NCBI GenBank assembly: GCA_963716475.1
Contig: OY970314.1
Location: forward strand, 628,790-692,789
Source of the DNA: Candidatus Woesebacteria bacterium
GTDB taxonomy: Bacteria; Patescibacteriota; Microgenomatia; UBA8517
Direction of reading: 5' to 3'
Length of the DNA: 64,000 nucleotides
This document shows, piece after piece, positions 56,589 through 64,000 of this stretch. How positions within the stretch are numbered: position 1 is the stretch's first letter; the number at the start of each line of letters is the position of its first letter. The notes beneath the pieces are model-generated. The model was given only the letters and a program-made list of their open reading frames with translations. It did no database searches and was not told the origin of the DNA. A program made the position numbers and the translations under genes.

Positions 56589-57736
56589 ACAGATACTTTC
56601 TGGTTATCTTTGAGTAAGGCCGGCGGCTGAGAAATAACAGTCTGACCTTCGCTTACACCCGACTTAATCTCCGTCTCGTCATTATTTTGACCGCCTATTT
56701 CGACTACTGTTTTTTTGGCACGGCCTCCCTCAATTACCCAGACGTAATCTTTTGAATCCGTCACAACCGCAGAAGCCGGAACTTTCAGAACATTTTCAAT
56801 TTTATTAAATATAATCTCGATATCTCCGCCCATTCCCACTTTAAATTTCATGGCAGAATTGTCGGGGAGAGAAATCCGGACGTGGTAGGCATTTCCGCCC
56901 GTACTTGAAGTAAAGGCAACCATACCGATATTGGTCACCGTTCCGGTATAAGTGTCATCGGGGTATGCATCCAACTTTATATTTACGGTTTGACTGACAT
57001 TAACACGGGGAAGGTCCGTTTCTTCAACTTCGGCATCAAAATAAACCGAATTCGGATTAACAACCGTGTAGTTTGCCGCACCGGGCAGGACGTTTATTCC
57101 GGGAGAGCTCGGGACGGCGCTATCGATAATTCCGGTAAACGGAGCATAAATTGTTGCATTTCTCAAATTATCCTGAGCGGCAAGCAGCGCATTATAAGAA
57201 TTGTCCCGATTTACTTCCGCTGTGGTTCTTGTCGCTTTTTGGGAAAATGTTTCGGTTGTATCGTTTCCTTTAACCGTATCCAAGACATTTTCAGCTACAG
57301 CCTGGTAATTTCTGTAATTATTCAGTGCCTGTTCATAAGCAGCATTTAAGGGGATTGCATCAAGCTGTGCAATTCCCTGGCCTTTTACAACTTTCTGCCC
57401 GACTTTCACTCCAACCCAGGCAACTAAACCTCCTGAGGGAAAAGTAAGCTGGGAGTACTGATCCGCCTTGACGGTACCTGAAGTTGAAACCGATTCGGTA
57501 AGCTCGCCGCGGCTAACTTGGGCTACCTGAACTTTGGTAGTTTTATTTGCCGAAACAATAACCCTCCAAACCACAATCAAAACAACCACCAAAACAACCC
57601 AAAACCACTTCCCCAATTTCTGCCGGAAATTATTTACCGAACTTGTTATTTTTTTCACACCAACCGTAGATTTTACTCCTAAAGTATAGCCTGCCGCAAG
57701 CCTCAGTGGAATAACTTCCTTACAATAAGGCTCCAC
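56585..57736 (-). CDS. efflux periplasmic adaptor (HlyD/MacA-like)
   Basis: N-terminal TM, coiled-coil and beta-barrel pattern; operon with MacB-type ABC genes. Confidence 0.6.
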   Translation of the reverse strand: MEPYCKEVIPLRLAAGYTLGVKSTVGVKKITSSVNNFRQKLGKWFWVVLVVVLIVVWRVIVSANKTTKVQVAQVSRGELTESVSTSGTVKADQYSQLTFPSGGLVAWVGVKVGQKVVKGQGIAQLDAIPLNAAYEQALNNYRNYQAVAENVLDTVKGNDTTETFSQKATRTTAEVNRDNSYNALLAAQDNLRNATIYAPFTGIIDSAVPSSPGINVLPGAANYTVVNPNSVYFDAEVEETDLPRVNVSQTVNIKLDAYPDDTYTGTVTNIGMVAFTSSTGGNAYHVRISLPDNSAMKFKVGMGGDIEIIFNKIENVLKVPASAVVTDSKDYVWVIEGGRAKKTVVEIGGQNNDETEIKSGVSEGQTVISQPPALLKDNQKVSV

Positions 57737-58005
57737 AAAGATTTGGGTCTTTTGTAATTTTCAAAGATCCGGCGGGACCAGACGGAGAGAATTAACCACT
57801 GCCTTCTCTCATTCTGCCTGGCAACAACCTCAATTTGGTTCCCTCCGTAATTGCGACGGTAAATCCAGGATCCCGGAACTGTTCCTTTTTTCGAATTCCC
57901 GGGGTTTCTCCAGGTTACCCAGGCATCCCCCTGCTTAATGCCACGCTGCCTTAATCTGTCAAGCGCATGGTCCGTCCAGATTACTCCTCCAAAATTTCTA
58001 TCCAT
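57703..58005 (-). CDS. DUF4258-like small protein (possible toxin-like)
   Basis: 'WTDHALDRLRQRGI' resembles DUF4258 'HAxxRMxERGI'; start moved to internal Met to remove 59-nt overlap. Confidence 0.3.
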   Translation of the reverse strand: MDRNFGGVIWTDHALDRLRQRGIKQGDAWVTWRNPGNSKKGTVPGSWIYRRNYGGNQIEVVARQNERRQWLILSVWSRRIFENYKRPKSLWSLIVRKLFH

Positions 58006-58018
58006 AAATACAATATAA

Positions 58019-58351
58019 TTATAATGCCGAAGACTTGATTTCCTTAAGAAGATCCGACCCAAGGTCGGCAAGATCACGCTTCAAATCATCTTCGATACTC
58101 TTACCCGCTTTTTGCTTCAGATACCCAAAAATGACCTGTTCGTCATGCGGGTATTTATGGAAAAGTTCCAAAAATTCTTCATGATGCACCCGGGGCAGTT
58201 TGTCCAACACTTTTCCCAAAACTTTATGGGTTACAATACTGTCAACCAGTTTCCAAAGTTCTTCCTGCTCCTCTTTAGAAGATGCGGTTTTTTTAATTTC
58301 AATTTCCACTTCTTCCAGATAAATTAAGTGATCGAAGAATAATTTGCTCAT
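58019..58351 (-). CDS. hypothetical protein
   Basis: 110 aa acidic ORF. Confidence 0.4.
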   Translation of the reverse strand: MSKLFFDHLIYLEEVEIEIKKTASSKEEQEELWKLVDSIVTHKVLGKVLDKLPRVHHEEFLELFHKYPHDEQVIFGYLKQKAGKSIEDDLKRDLADLGSDLLKEIKSSAL

Positions 58352-58354
58352 ATA

Positions 58355-59293
58355 TTAAACCTCCATCATTGTAACCCCGAGTGCCTCAACATCATTATAA
58401 TCTACAGGTCCCAAAGGTACCTGGTTTTTCGGATCGTCAACAAAAAATACGATAACCGGGCCTTTTTTATATCTCGGACCGCCCAGGTAATTCATAACCT
58501 CCGGGCTTCCGCCAAATTGTTTTCCCGTCCAGGCGGCGGGGCCGGCGTCGGCAATATCTGCAACGACCGCATTTCCGTTCACCGTATTTACTATCAATAC
58601 CTTTCTGAATTTATACCAATTACTTAAGTACGGCTGGCGTTTCGCCCAATCGGGAAGATATAAAGTTTGTACCACCGCATACCATTTTTCTTCGTCTGCC
58701 GGAACATACCCCCAAGCTCCAAGACCCGAAGCCATTCCCTCATCCGATTGTGGAATCTTAGGATGAACACTCATCCTGTCTCCCGAGTAGCGGGCTAAAT
58801 GCTGCTCGGCTCCTATATATCCATAAGTAGCATTAAGATGCTCGCCTTCGAGATTCGCTTTTGTATCGACTCCGATATTCCCCTTGAAAACCTGTTCCAA
58901 AGTTTTTTCCTGATTGCGATCCAACGGGCCAACTTTCTGCGGTAAGATCTGCTTCAGTGAAGAAAGAAGTATTTCCTGCCGGGGAACCGCAGGTTCCTCT
59001 CCTTCAAAATCAGACAAACTTTTAACAATATTCGCAATCGCCGGTACATTTTTTGCAACCATTGGCGGGGTAAAAAGAAGTGTACTGGTTATGGCGCCTG
59101 TTGTTATTATTTTTGCAGAATGCTCACGGATCTTTGAAAGATCAAGTCCCTTATCGGCAAAAAATTTCTCAACGTGGGGGTATTTTTCAAAAAGAGAGCG
59201 CTTCGTTTCTAAACTCTTAAGTTTGAGCTTATTGCGCAAAAACTCCGTATCTTTGTTTATTAAATCGCTTGTTCCGGCAGGATCATGAGCCAT
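58355..59293 (-). CDS. hypothetical protein
   Basis: 312 aa ORF. Confidence 0.45.
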   Translation of the reverse strand: MAHDPAGTSDLINKDTEFLRNKLKLKSLETKRSLFEKYPHVEKFFADKGLDLSKIREHSAKIITTGAITSTLLFTPPMVAKNVPAIANIVKSLSDFEGEEPAVPRQEILLSSLKQILPQKVGPLDRNQEKTLEQVFKGNIGVDTKANLEGEHLNATYGYIGAEQHLARYSGDRMSVHPKIPQSDEGMASGLGAWGYVPADEEKWYAVVQTLYLPDWAKRQPYLSNWYKFRKVLIVNTVNGNAVVADIADAGPAAWTGKQFGGSPEVMNYLGGPRYKKGPVIVFFVDDPKNQVPLGPVDYNDVEALGVTMMEV

Positions 59294-59294
59294 A

Positions 59295-60608
59295 TTAATC
59301 CAAAACTTTCTTAATTCTTTTCAAACTTTCTTCTTTTCCCAAAATTCCTATTGATTCGTTAATCGGGGGTGTAAATTTACTTCCGGTTACTGCGATTCGG
59401 AGATCCATAAAGAAGTCCCCGACTTTGAAATTATTATCTTTTGGAACCTGATCGAGTGGAACCCCTTCTTCGATTGCTTCGATAGCTTTTTCCAAGTGCT
59501 TTCGATAATCTTTGCCGAAAAGTTTCGCATCAACACTTTTTCTCTCGAAAAAAAATCCTGCGAAAGAATCAAAGTCTGAAAGTTTTTTAATTCTATCTTT
59601 AACAAGTGGAATTACTTTCTTTAACTTTTCCCCGTCTATTTTCTCCTTAATGAAAGGTTCAAGTAAATTTAAAAGTTCTGCATCTGATTTTTGGCGGATG
59701 TAGTAACCATTAAACCAATCGAGTTTATCGGTCAGAAACCTGGGATTTGCCTCCTGAAAACCGTTTATGTCAAAATGTTCAACAAACTCCGGCAAAGTAA
59801 AAAGTTCACGGTTGTCTTTAGGCGCCCAACCCAGAAGCATTACAAAATTCAGAAGTGCTTCGGGCAGGTACCCCTCCTTCAGAAACTGCTCTACAAAAAC
59901 CGAATCCCTGCGTTTTGACAGTTTTTTTCCGGTCTCGGCGGAAAGAATATCGGTTACATGACCAATTTCAGGCCTTCTTCCACCTAAAAAGCCAAAAACC
60001 AAAAGATGAATAGGAGTGGAGGGCAGCCAATCGTGCCCGCGCAGGATATGTGTAACCTTCATATCAAGGTCATCAACGGCAACAGCCAGGTGGTAAGTGG
60101 GAAATCCGTCGGATTTGAGAAGTGTAGCATCATAAACCGTATCGGTGTTCCAGGAAATTTCTTTCTTGTGTACAAAATCAACGTAAGAAACAATTTTGCC
60201 GTCCGGAACCCGGAGTTTAATGGCCCCCGATGTTAGCCCTTTATCACGGCAGGGATCCCTTGGCTCGGTAGAAAAACCTTCCTCCCTTGCGTTTTTTGGC
60301 TTACATTGGCAATAAAAAGCATGGCCCTCACTTACCAACTTCTCTGCTGCTTTCTTATATAAACCTTTTTCCTGTCTTTCCGACTGGACGTAATATTCAT
60401 CCCAGATCAAACCAAATTTTTTCAAAGTCTCTTTAAGGGCTTCAGTTGCGCCCTCAACCACCCGTTTCTGATCGGTATCCTCGATTCTAAGCAAGAAATC
60501 TCCACCTTCATGTTTTGCCAAGGCGTATGCATAAAGAGCAGTTCTGAGGCCTCCAATATGCAAAAAACCGGTTGGAGATGGGGCAAATCGGGTCCGGATT
60601 TTGGTCAT
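59295..60608 (-). CDS. gltX: glutamate--tRNA ligase
   Basis: 'RFAPSPTGFLHIGGLRTALYAYA' HIGH motif region, class I; 'KLSKR' KMSKS-type motif. Confidence 0.85.
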   Translation of the reverse strand: MTKIRTRFAPSPTGFLHIGGLRTALYAYALAKHEGGDFLLRIEDTDQKRVVEGATEALKETLKKFGLIWDEYYVQSERQEKGLYKKAAEKLVSEGHAFYCQCKPKNAREEGFSTEPRDPCRDKGLTSGAIKLRVPDGKIVSYVDFVHKKEISWNTDTVYDATLLKSDGFPTYHLAVAVDDLDMKVTHILRGHDWLPSTPIHLLVFGFLGGRRPEIGHVTDILSAETGKKLSKRRDSVFVEQFLKEGYLPEALLNFVMLLGWAPKDNRELFTLPEFVEHFDINGFQEANPRFLTDKLDWFNGYYIRQKSDAELLNLLEPFIKEKIDGEKLKKVIPLVKDRIKKLSDFDSFAGFFFERKSVDAKLFGKDYRKHLEKAIEAIEEGVPLDQVPKDNNFKVGDFFMDLRIAVTGSKFTPPINESIGILGKEESLKRIKKVLD

Positions 60609-60721
60609 AATAATCGAATTTTACAACACATTCCGATATGGTGCTATAAGTTGCCACATAAAACAACTTATACAATATAATGCATTGAACAGGAAGCTTT
60701 GTAACGATATACTGATTTGGT

Positions 60722-61774
60722 ATGACTTCACTGACCCGAATTGCTATTACGGCAAGAAAGATAATCAGATATGGTATTTTTCTTATTGTTTTTCTGATCG
60801 TCGGCAAGATTTTACTTGACGCCGGTATCTCGATTTACAAAAAAGCCTTTCCTTCACCCCCTCCCCCTCCAACAGTTAACTACGGAAAGCTTACTAAAAT
60901 TCCTTTCCCCGATAACGGTATTACCGCCAAGCTTACTTATACGCTCGAAACACCGGAGGGCGGGCTTCCGACTAAAATTCCGGGACAGGCGAAAGTATTT
61001 TTTATGCCAAAAGTAAGTCCAAACTTGCTTTCCCTGGATACAGCCAAGACAATCGCGCAAGGCTTGGGTTTTACAGTTAATCCCCAAAAAGTTTCAGACA
61101 TTATGTATATATTCAACAGTACGAAATACCCCGTCTCCCTGCAAATGAATATTGTTACCGAAACTTTTTCAATCAGCTACAACCTTGCTCAAGACAAAAG
61201 TCCGCTAAATGCCAAGTCCCCCATTGCCGAAGTTGCCGCATCGGAATTCCGAGGCTTTCTTTCAGGCGCCGGCACCCTTCCTGCTGACTTAACCGGGCCG
61301 ACCACAAATAAATACTTAAAGCTCAGTAACGGACAACTTACTGACGCTCTCTCACTATCCGAAGCCGATATGGTAAAAGTTAACCTCTTCAGGAAGGATT
61401 ATGATAAATTACCAAGCGTTACGGGGACACCCGACCAGGCTAACGTCTGGGCAATAATCGACGGTTCAAACCAGCCCGGGCAGTCCGTTATTGCAGCTGA
61501 ATACCATTATTTCCCGGTTGATGAAACCCAGTATGCTACCTACCCTATCAAAACCCCGGCTGAAGCCTTTGCCGAACTCCAGGCAAATCAGGCCTACACC
61601 GCCGCACTGGGACTTAATAAAGACGGAGACAGTCTAAAAATCAGGCGGATGTATCTTGCCTACTTTGACCCGGCGTCTCCTACCGAATTTTACCAACCGG
61701 TTTACGTTTTTGAAGGCGACAACGGATTTACGGCCTATCTTCCCGCAGTTACTTCAGCATATTACGCAGAGTAA
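60722..61774 (+). CDS. secreted hypothetical protein
   Basis: 350 aa, N-terminal TM/signal; TATACT 8 nt upstream of ATG. Confidence 0.45.
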   Translation: MTSLTRIAITARKIIRYGIFLIVFLIVGKILLDAGISIYKKAFPSPPPPPTVNYGKLTKIPFPDNGITAKLTYTLETPEGGLPTKIPGQAKVFFMPKVSPNLLSLDTAKTIAQGLGFTVNPQKVSDIMYIFNSTKYPVSLQMNIVTETFSISYNLAQDKSPLNAKSPIAEVAASEFRGFLSGAGTLPADLTGPTTNKYLKLSNGQLTDALSLSEADMVKVNLFRKDYDKLPSVTGTPDQANVWAIIDGSNQPGQSVIAAEYHYFPVDETQYATYPIKTPAEAFAELQANQAYTAALGLNKDGDSLKIRRMYLAYFDPASPTEFYQPVYVFEGDNGFTAYLPAVTSAYYAE

Positions 61775-61776
61775 AT

Positions 61777-62703
61777 TCAGGGAAGTTTAACTTCTTGCCA
61801 CTGATAATTTGTAAATATCCAGTCAATAAGTTCCTTTGTTTCCCCAAACCGATCCTGACTGCCGAGAAGTGCAATCATAACTTTGTGTCCGTCTCGTTCC
61901 ATGTAAGTCACAAGATTTTCCCTGGCATTTTCGGTCCATCCGGTTTTTATCCCAAGTACTCCGGGAACCACACCTAAAAGTTCATTTATATTTTTAAGAT
62001 TATATTTTGTTTTTCCGGATATGTCAGTAAAACTGACCACCTTAGTGCCGACTATTTTTGCAAACTCAGGATCTCTTATCGCAATTTCAGAAACCCGAAT
62101 TAAATCCTCTGCAGTTGTAATCTGGTTTAATCCGTCAAGTCCGGCCGGATTTTGAAAATTAGTATTAATCATTGAAAGATCTTTTGCTTTCGTATTCATA
62201 GCGGCAATAAACGCATCGTAACCGCCGGGAAAATTATCTGCTAACGCTATTGCCGCGTCGTTTGCTGAATAAACCAAAAGTCCATAAAGCAAATTTTCGA
62301 CGGCTACTTGCTCCCCCTGAAAAAGACCCATTTTTTGGCCAACAACATTTATCCTGCCGATCGTAACAATTTGATCAAGTGGGTATGAATCAAGAGCTAC
62401 AAGTGCGGTTACTATCTTTGTAGTTGAGGCCGGAAGGAGTTTCGTGTCGGGATTTTTTTCATACAGGCTTACTCCCGAATCCAGGTCCACCGCCAGAGCC
62501 CCTTGAGCGGAAAGAATGGGGAATGAACTGCTTGCACCCAAAACGGGATTTGGGGGAAACGTTTTTGATACAGGACGTAATAAATTGATCAACTTTTGAT
62601 CCGGCAAGATCCGGCCGGAAATAGCCATTCCCGACGTGGAAATAAAAACAAATGTCAAAATGACTAAATACAAAAAACGGTTTTTTTTATTAAAGAATTT
62701 CAT
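61777..62703 (-). CDS. D-alanyl-D-alanine carboxypeptidase (peptidase S11, PBP5-like)
   Basis: 'PASTTKIVTAL' SxxK, 'YSANDAA' SxN; signal peptide. Confidence 0.7.
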   Translation of the reverse strand: MKFFNKKNRFLYLVILTFVFISTSGMAISGRILPDQKLINLLRPVSKTFPPNPVLGASSSFPILSAQGALAVDLDSGVSLYEKNPDTKLLPASTTKIVTALVALDSYPLDQIVTIGRINVVGQKMGLFQGEQVAVENLLYGLLVYSANDAAIALADNFPGGYDAFIAAMNTKAKDLSMINTNFQNPAGLDGLNQITTAEDLIRVSEIAIRDPEFAKIVGTKVVSFTDISGKTKYNLKNINELLGVVPGVLGIKTGWTENARENLVTYMERDGHKVMIALLGSQDRFGETKELIDWIFTNYQWQEVKLP

Positions 62704-64000
62704 CGAGAGAACCTAAAGTCTACTCTTTCCATATCCCTCGGGAAAAGTGAAGCCTCCCTGACATTACCGAGATTTAAAAGTTTCATGGTAATTCTTTCAA
62801 GGCCGAAAGAAAAACCGCCCTCCGGAGGCATCCCGTATTTAAAAGCCTGGAGATACATCTCAAAATTTTTCGGATCCATCCCCCTATCCTTTATTGCCTC
62901 AACCAATTTATCATAATCGCTGACCCTCTGACTCCCGCTTAAAATTTCAAGTCCTTTAAAAAGAAGATCGTAGCTTAGTGAAAATTCCGGGTCTTCAGGA
63001 TCCGGCATGGTATAAAATGCCCTTTTTTTGGTAGGATAATGCGTAATTGTGACCAGATCGGAATCTTTTTCTTCAAGCGCCCATTTGGAAATCTCTTTCT
63101 CATCTTCAGGATCCAGATCTTTTTCGTTGGTATGATCAACTCCTGTACGCTCCAAAATAATTTTTTGGGCCTCTCTCATTGTTAATCTGGGAACCTTCAC
63201 CGGCAACTTTAGCTTCGGGGTACCGAAATCCTCGAGAACTTTTTTCTGTCTTTCCTCGACATACTTCAATGTATTAATAGCAACAGATTCCAATGCATCC
63301 ATTAGTCCGGTAAAATCTATAAAACCGATTTCGCAATCCATTTGAGTAGCTTCCGAAAGGTGTCTTGTCGTAACTGACGGTTCGGCCCTATATGCTTTTG
63401 CAATTGTGAAAACTCTCTCAAGGGAGGGGATCATCATTTGTTTATACAGTTGGGGGGATTGGGTCATAAAAGCTTTGTGCCCGTAGTAATCGACCGTAAA
63501 AACTTCCGCCCCACCCTCCGTGGCTGATGCAGAAATTGTCGGGACCGTGACTTCAATACAACCCAAATCTTGGGCGGCTTTTCTAAATCCTTCCAAAATT
63601 GTCGCCTGGATTTTAAAAATCTCTTTGATTTTGGGGTGCCTCAAAACTAAAGTACGATAATCCAGAAGTGTCGGAAGTTCCAGATTAAGTTCATCCGCAC
63701 CCATGTCAAAAGGCATTTCTTCAGATTTTGCCAAAACACTTACTTTTTCGGCAGATAGTTCTACTGACCCGGTCTCAATTTTATCGTTGACCATCTGCGG
63801 AGGCCTTTTGTTTACAATCCCTTCAATTTCAACCGCATACTGAGGTCTCAAATCAGCAATTTCCAGTCCTCCGACAACCTGTAAAACCCCACTCCTGTCT
63901 ATAATATCGGCAAAGGCAATTTTTCCATGGGCACGGACAACGTGCACATAACCTTCAACTTTTACTTTTTCTCCGATTTTTTTGACCGTGTCTGCAATTA
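62700..64000 (-). CDS. aspS: aspartate--tRNA ligase, archaeal/eukaryotic type (5' end runs off window)
   Basis: class II motifs 'FRAEPSVTTRHLSE', 'GGFSFGLERITM'; GTG at 63947 but frame stays open to window edge ('..VKVEGYVHVVRAHG'). Confidence 0.75.
   Translation of the reverse strand, partial: IADTVKKIGEKVKVEGYVHVVRAHGKIAFADIIDRSGVLQVVGGLEIADLRPQYAVEIEGIVNKRPPQMVNDKIETGSVELSAEKVSVLAKSEEMPFDMGADELNLELPTLLDYRTLVLRHPKIKEIFKIQATILEGFRKAAQDLGCIEVTVPTISASATEGGAEVFTVDYYGHKAFMTQSPQLYKQMMIPSLERVFTIAKAYRAEPSVTTRHLSEATQMDCEIGFIDFTGLMDALESVAINTLKYVEERQKKVLEDFGTPKLKLPVKVPRLTMREAQKIILERTGVDHTNEKDLDPEDEKEISKWALEEKDSDLVTITHYPTKKRAFYTMPDPEDPEFSLSYDLLFKGLEILSGSQRVSDYDKLVEAIKDRGMDPKNFEMYLQAFKYGMPPEGGFSFGLERITMKLLNLGNVREASLFPRDMERVDFRFSR

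Noticed and set aside
1-64000. CRISPR arrays, rRNA genes, and integrase or transposase genes
   Set aside because: No regularly spaced short direct-repeat arrays, no rRNA-like stretches, and no tyrosine or serine recombinase or DDE transposase motifs were seen in any ORF. The island boundaries are supported only by repeats and scars.

Overview
This is an AT-rich, gene-dense bacterial window of roughly 90 genes, mostly small, hypothetical or membrane/secreted proteins. Many genes have a -10-like hexamer 5-9 nt upstream of the start codon, which suggests leaderless mRNAs. The overall gene content (archaeal/eukaryotic-type AspRS, membrane-anchored Clp ATPase, many tiny membrane proteins) looks like a reduced, CPR/Patescibacteria-like genome, but that is my inference only. 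Housekeeping calls include gltX, a partial aspS at the window edge, Fe/Mn SOD, MsrB, Bcp peroxiredoxin, MscL, a MacB/FtsX-type ABC efflux set with HlyD-like adaptor, an MsbA-like ABC exporter, a D-Ala-D-Ala carboxypeptidase and one tRNA-Gln(CUG). The standout region is a defense island at about 8.5-21.3 kb. It is a tightly overlapping six-gene minus-strand operon: vsr, C5-cytosine methyltransferase, an 883-aa unknown protein, a NERD-nuclease/UvrD-like SF1 helicase fusion, a DEAH SF2 helicase (DrmA-like, 1122 aa) and a DUF1998 protein (DrmB-like, 607 aa). This resembles a class-2 DISARM system, but the PLD nuclease DrmC is absent and a NERD-SF1 helicase sits in its place, which looks like an undescribed variant. 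Next to it lie decayed relics: head-to-head 5'-truncated Mrr-cat and PD-(D/E)xK-like nuclease fragments, plus a duplicated gene 3' end. Other repeats and palindromes are listed in the findings. All functional assignments come from motif reading of the translated ORFs; no database searches were run.
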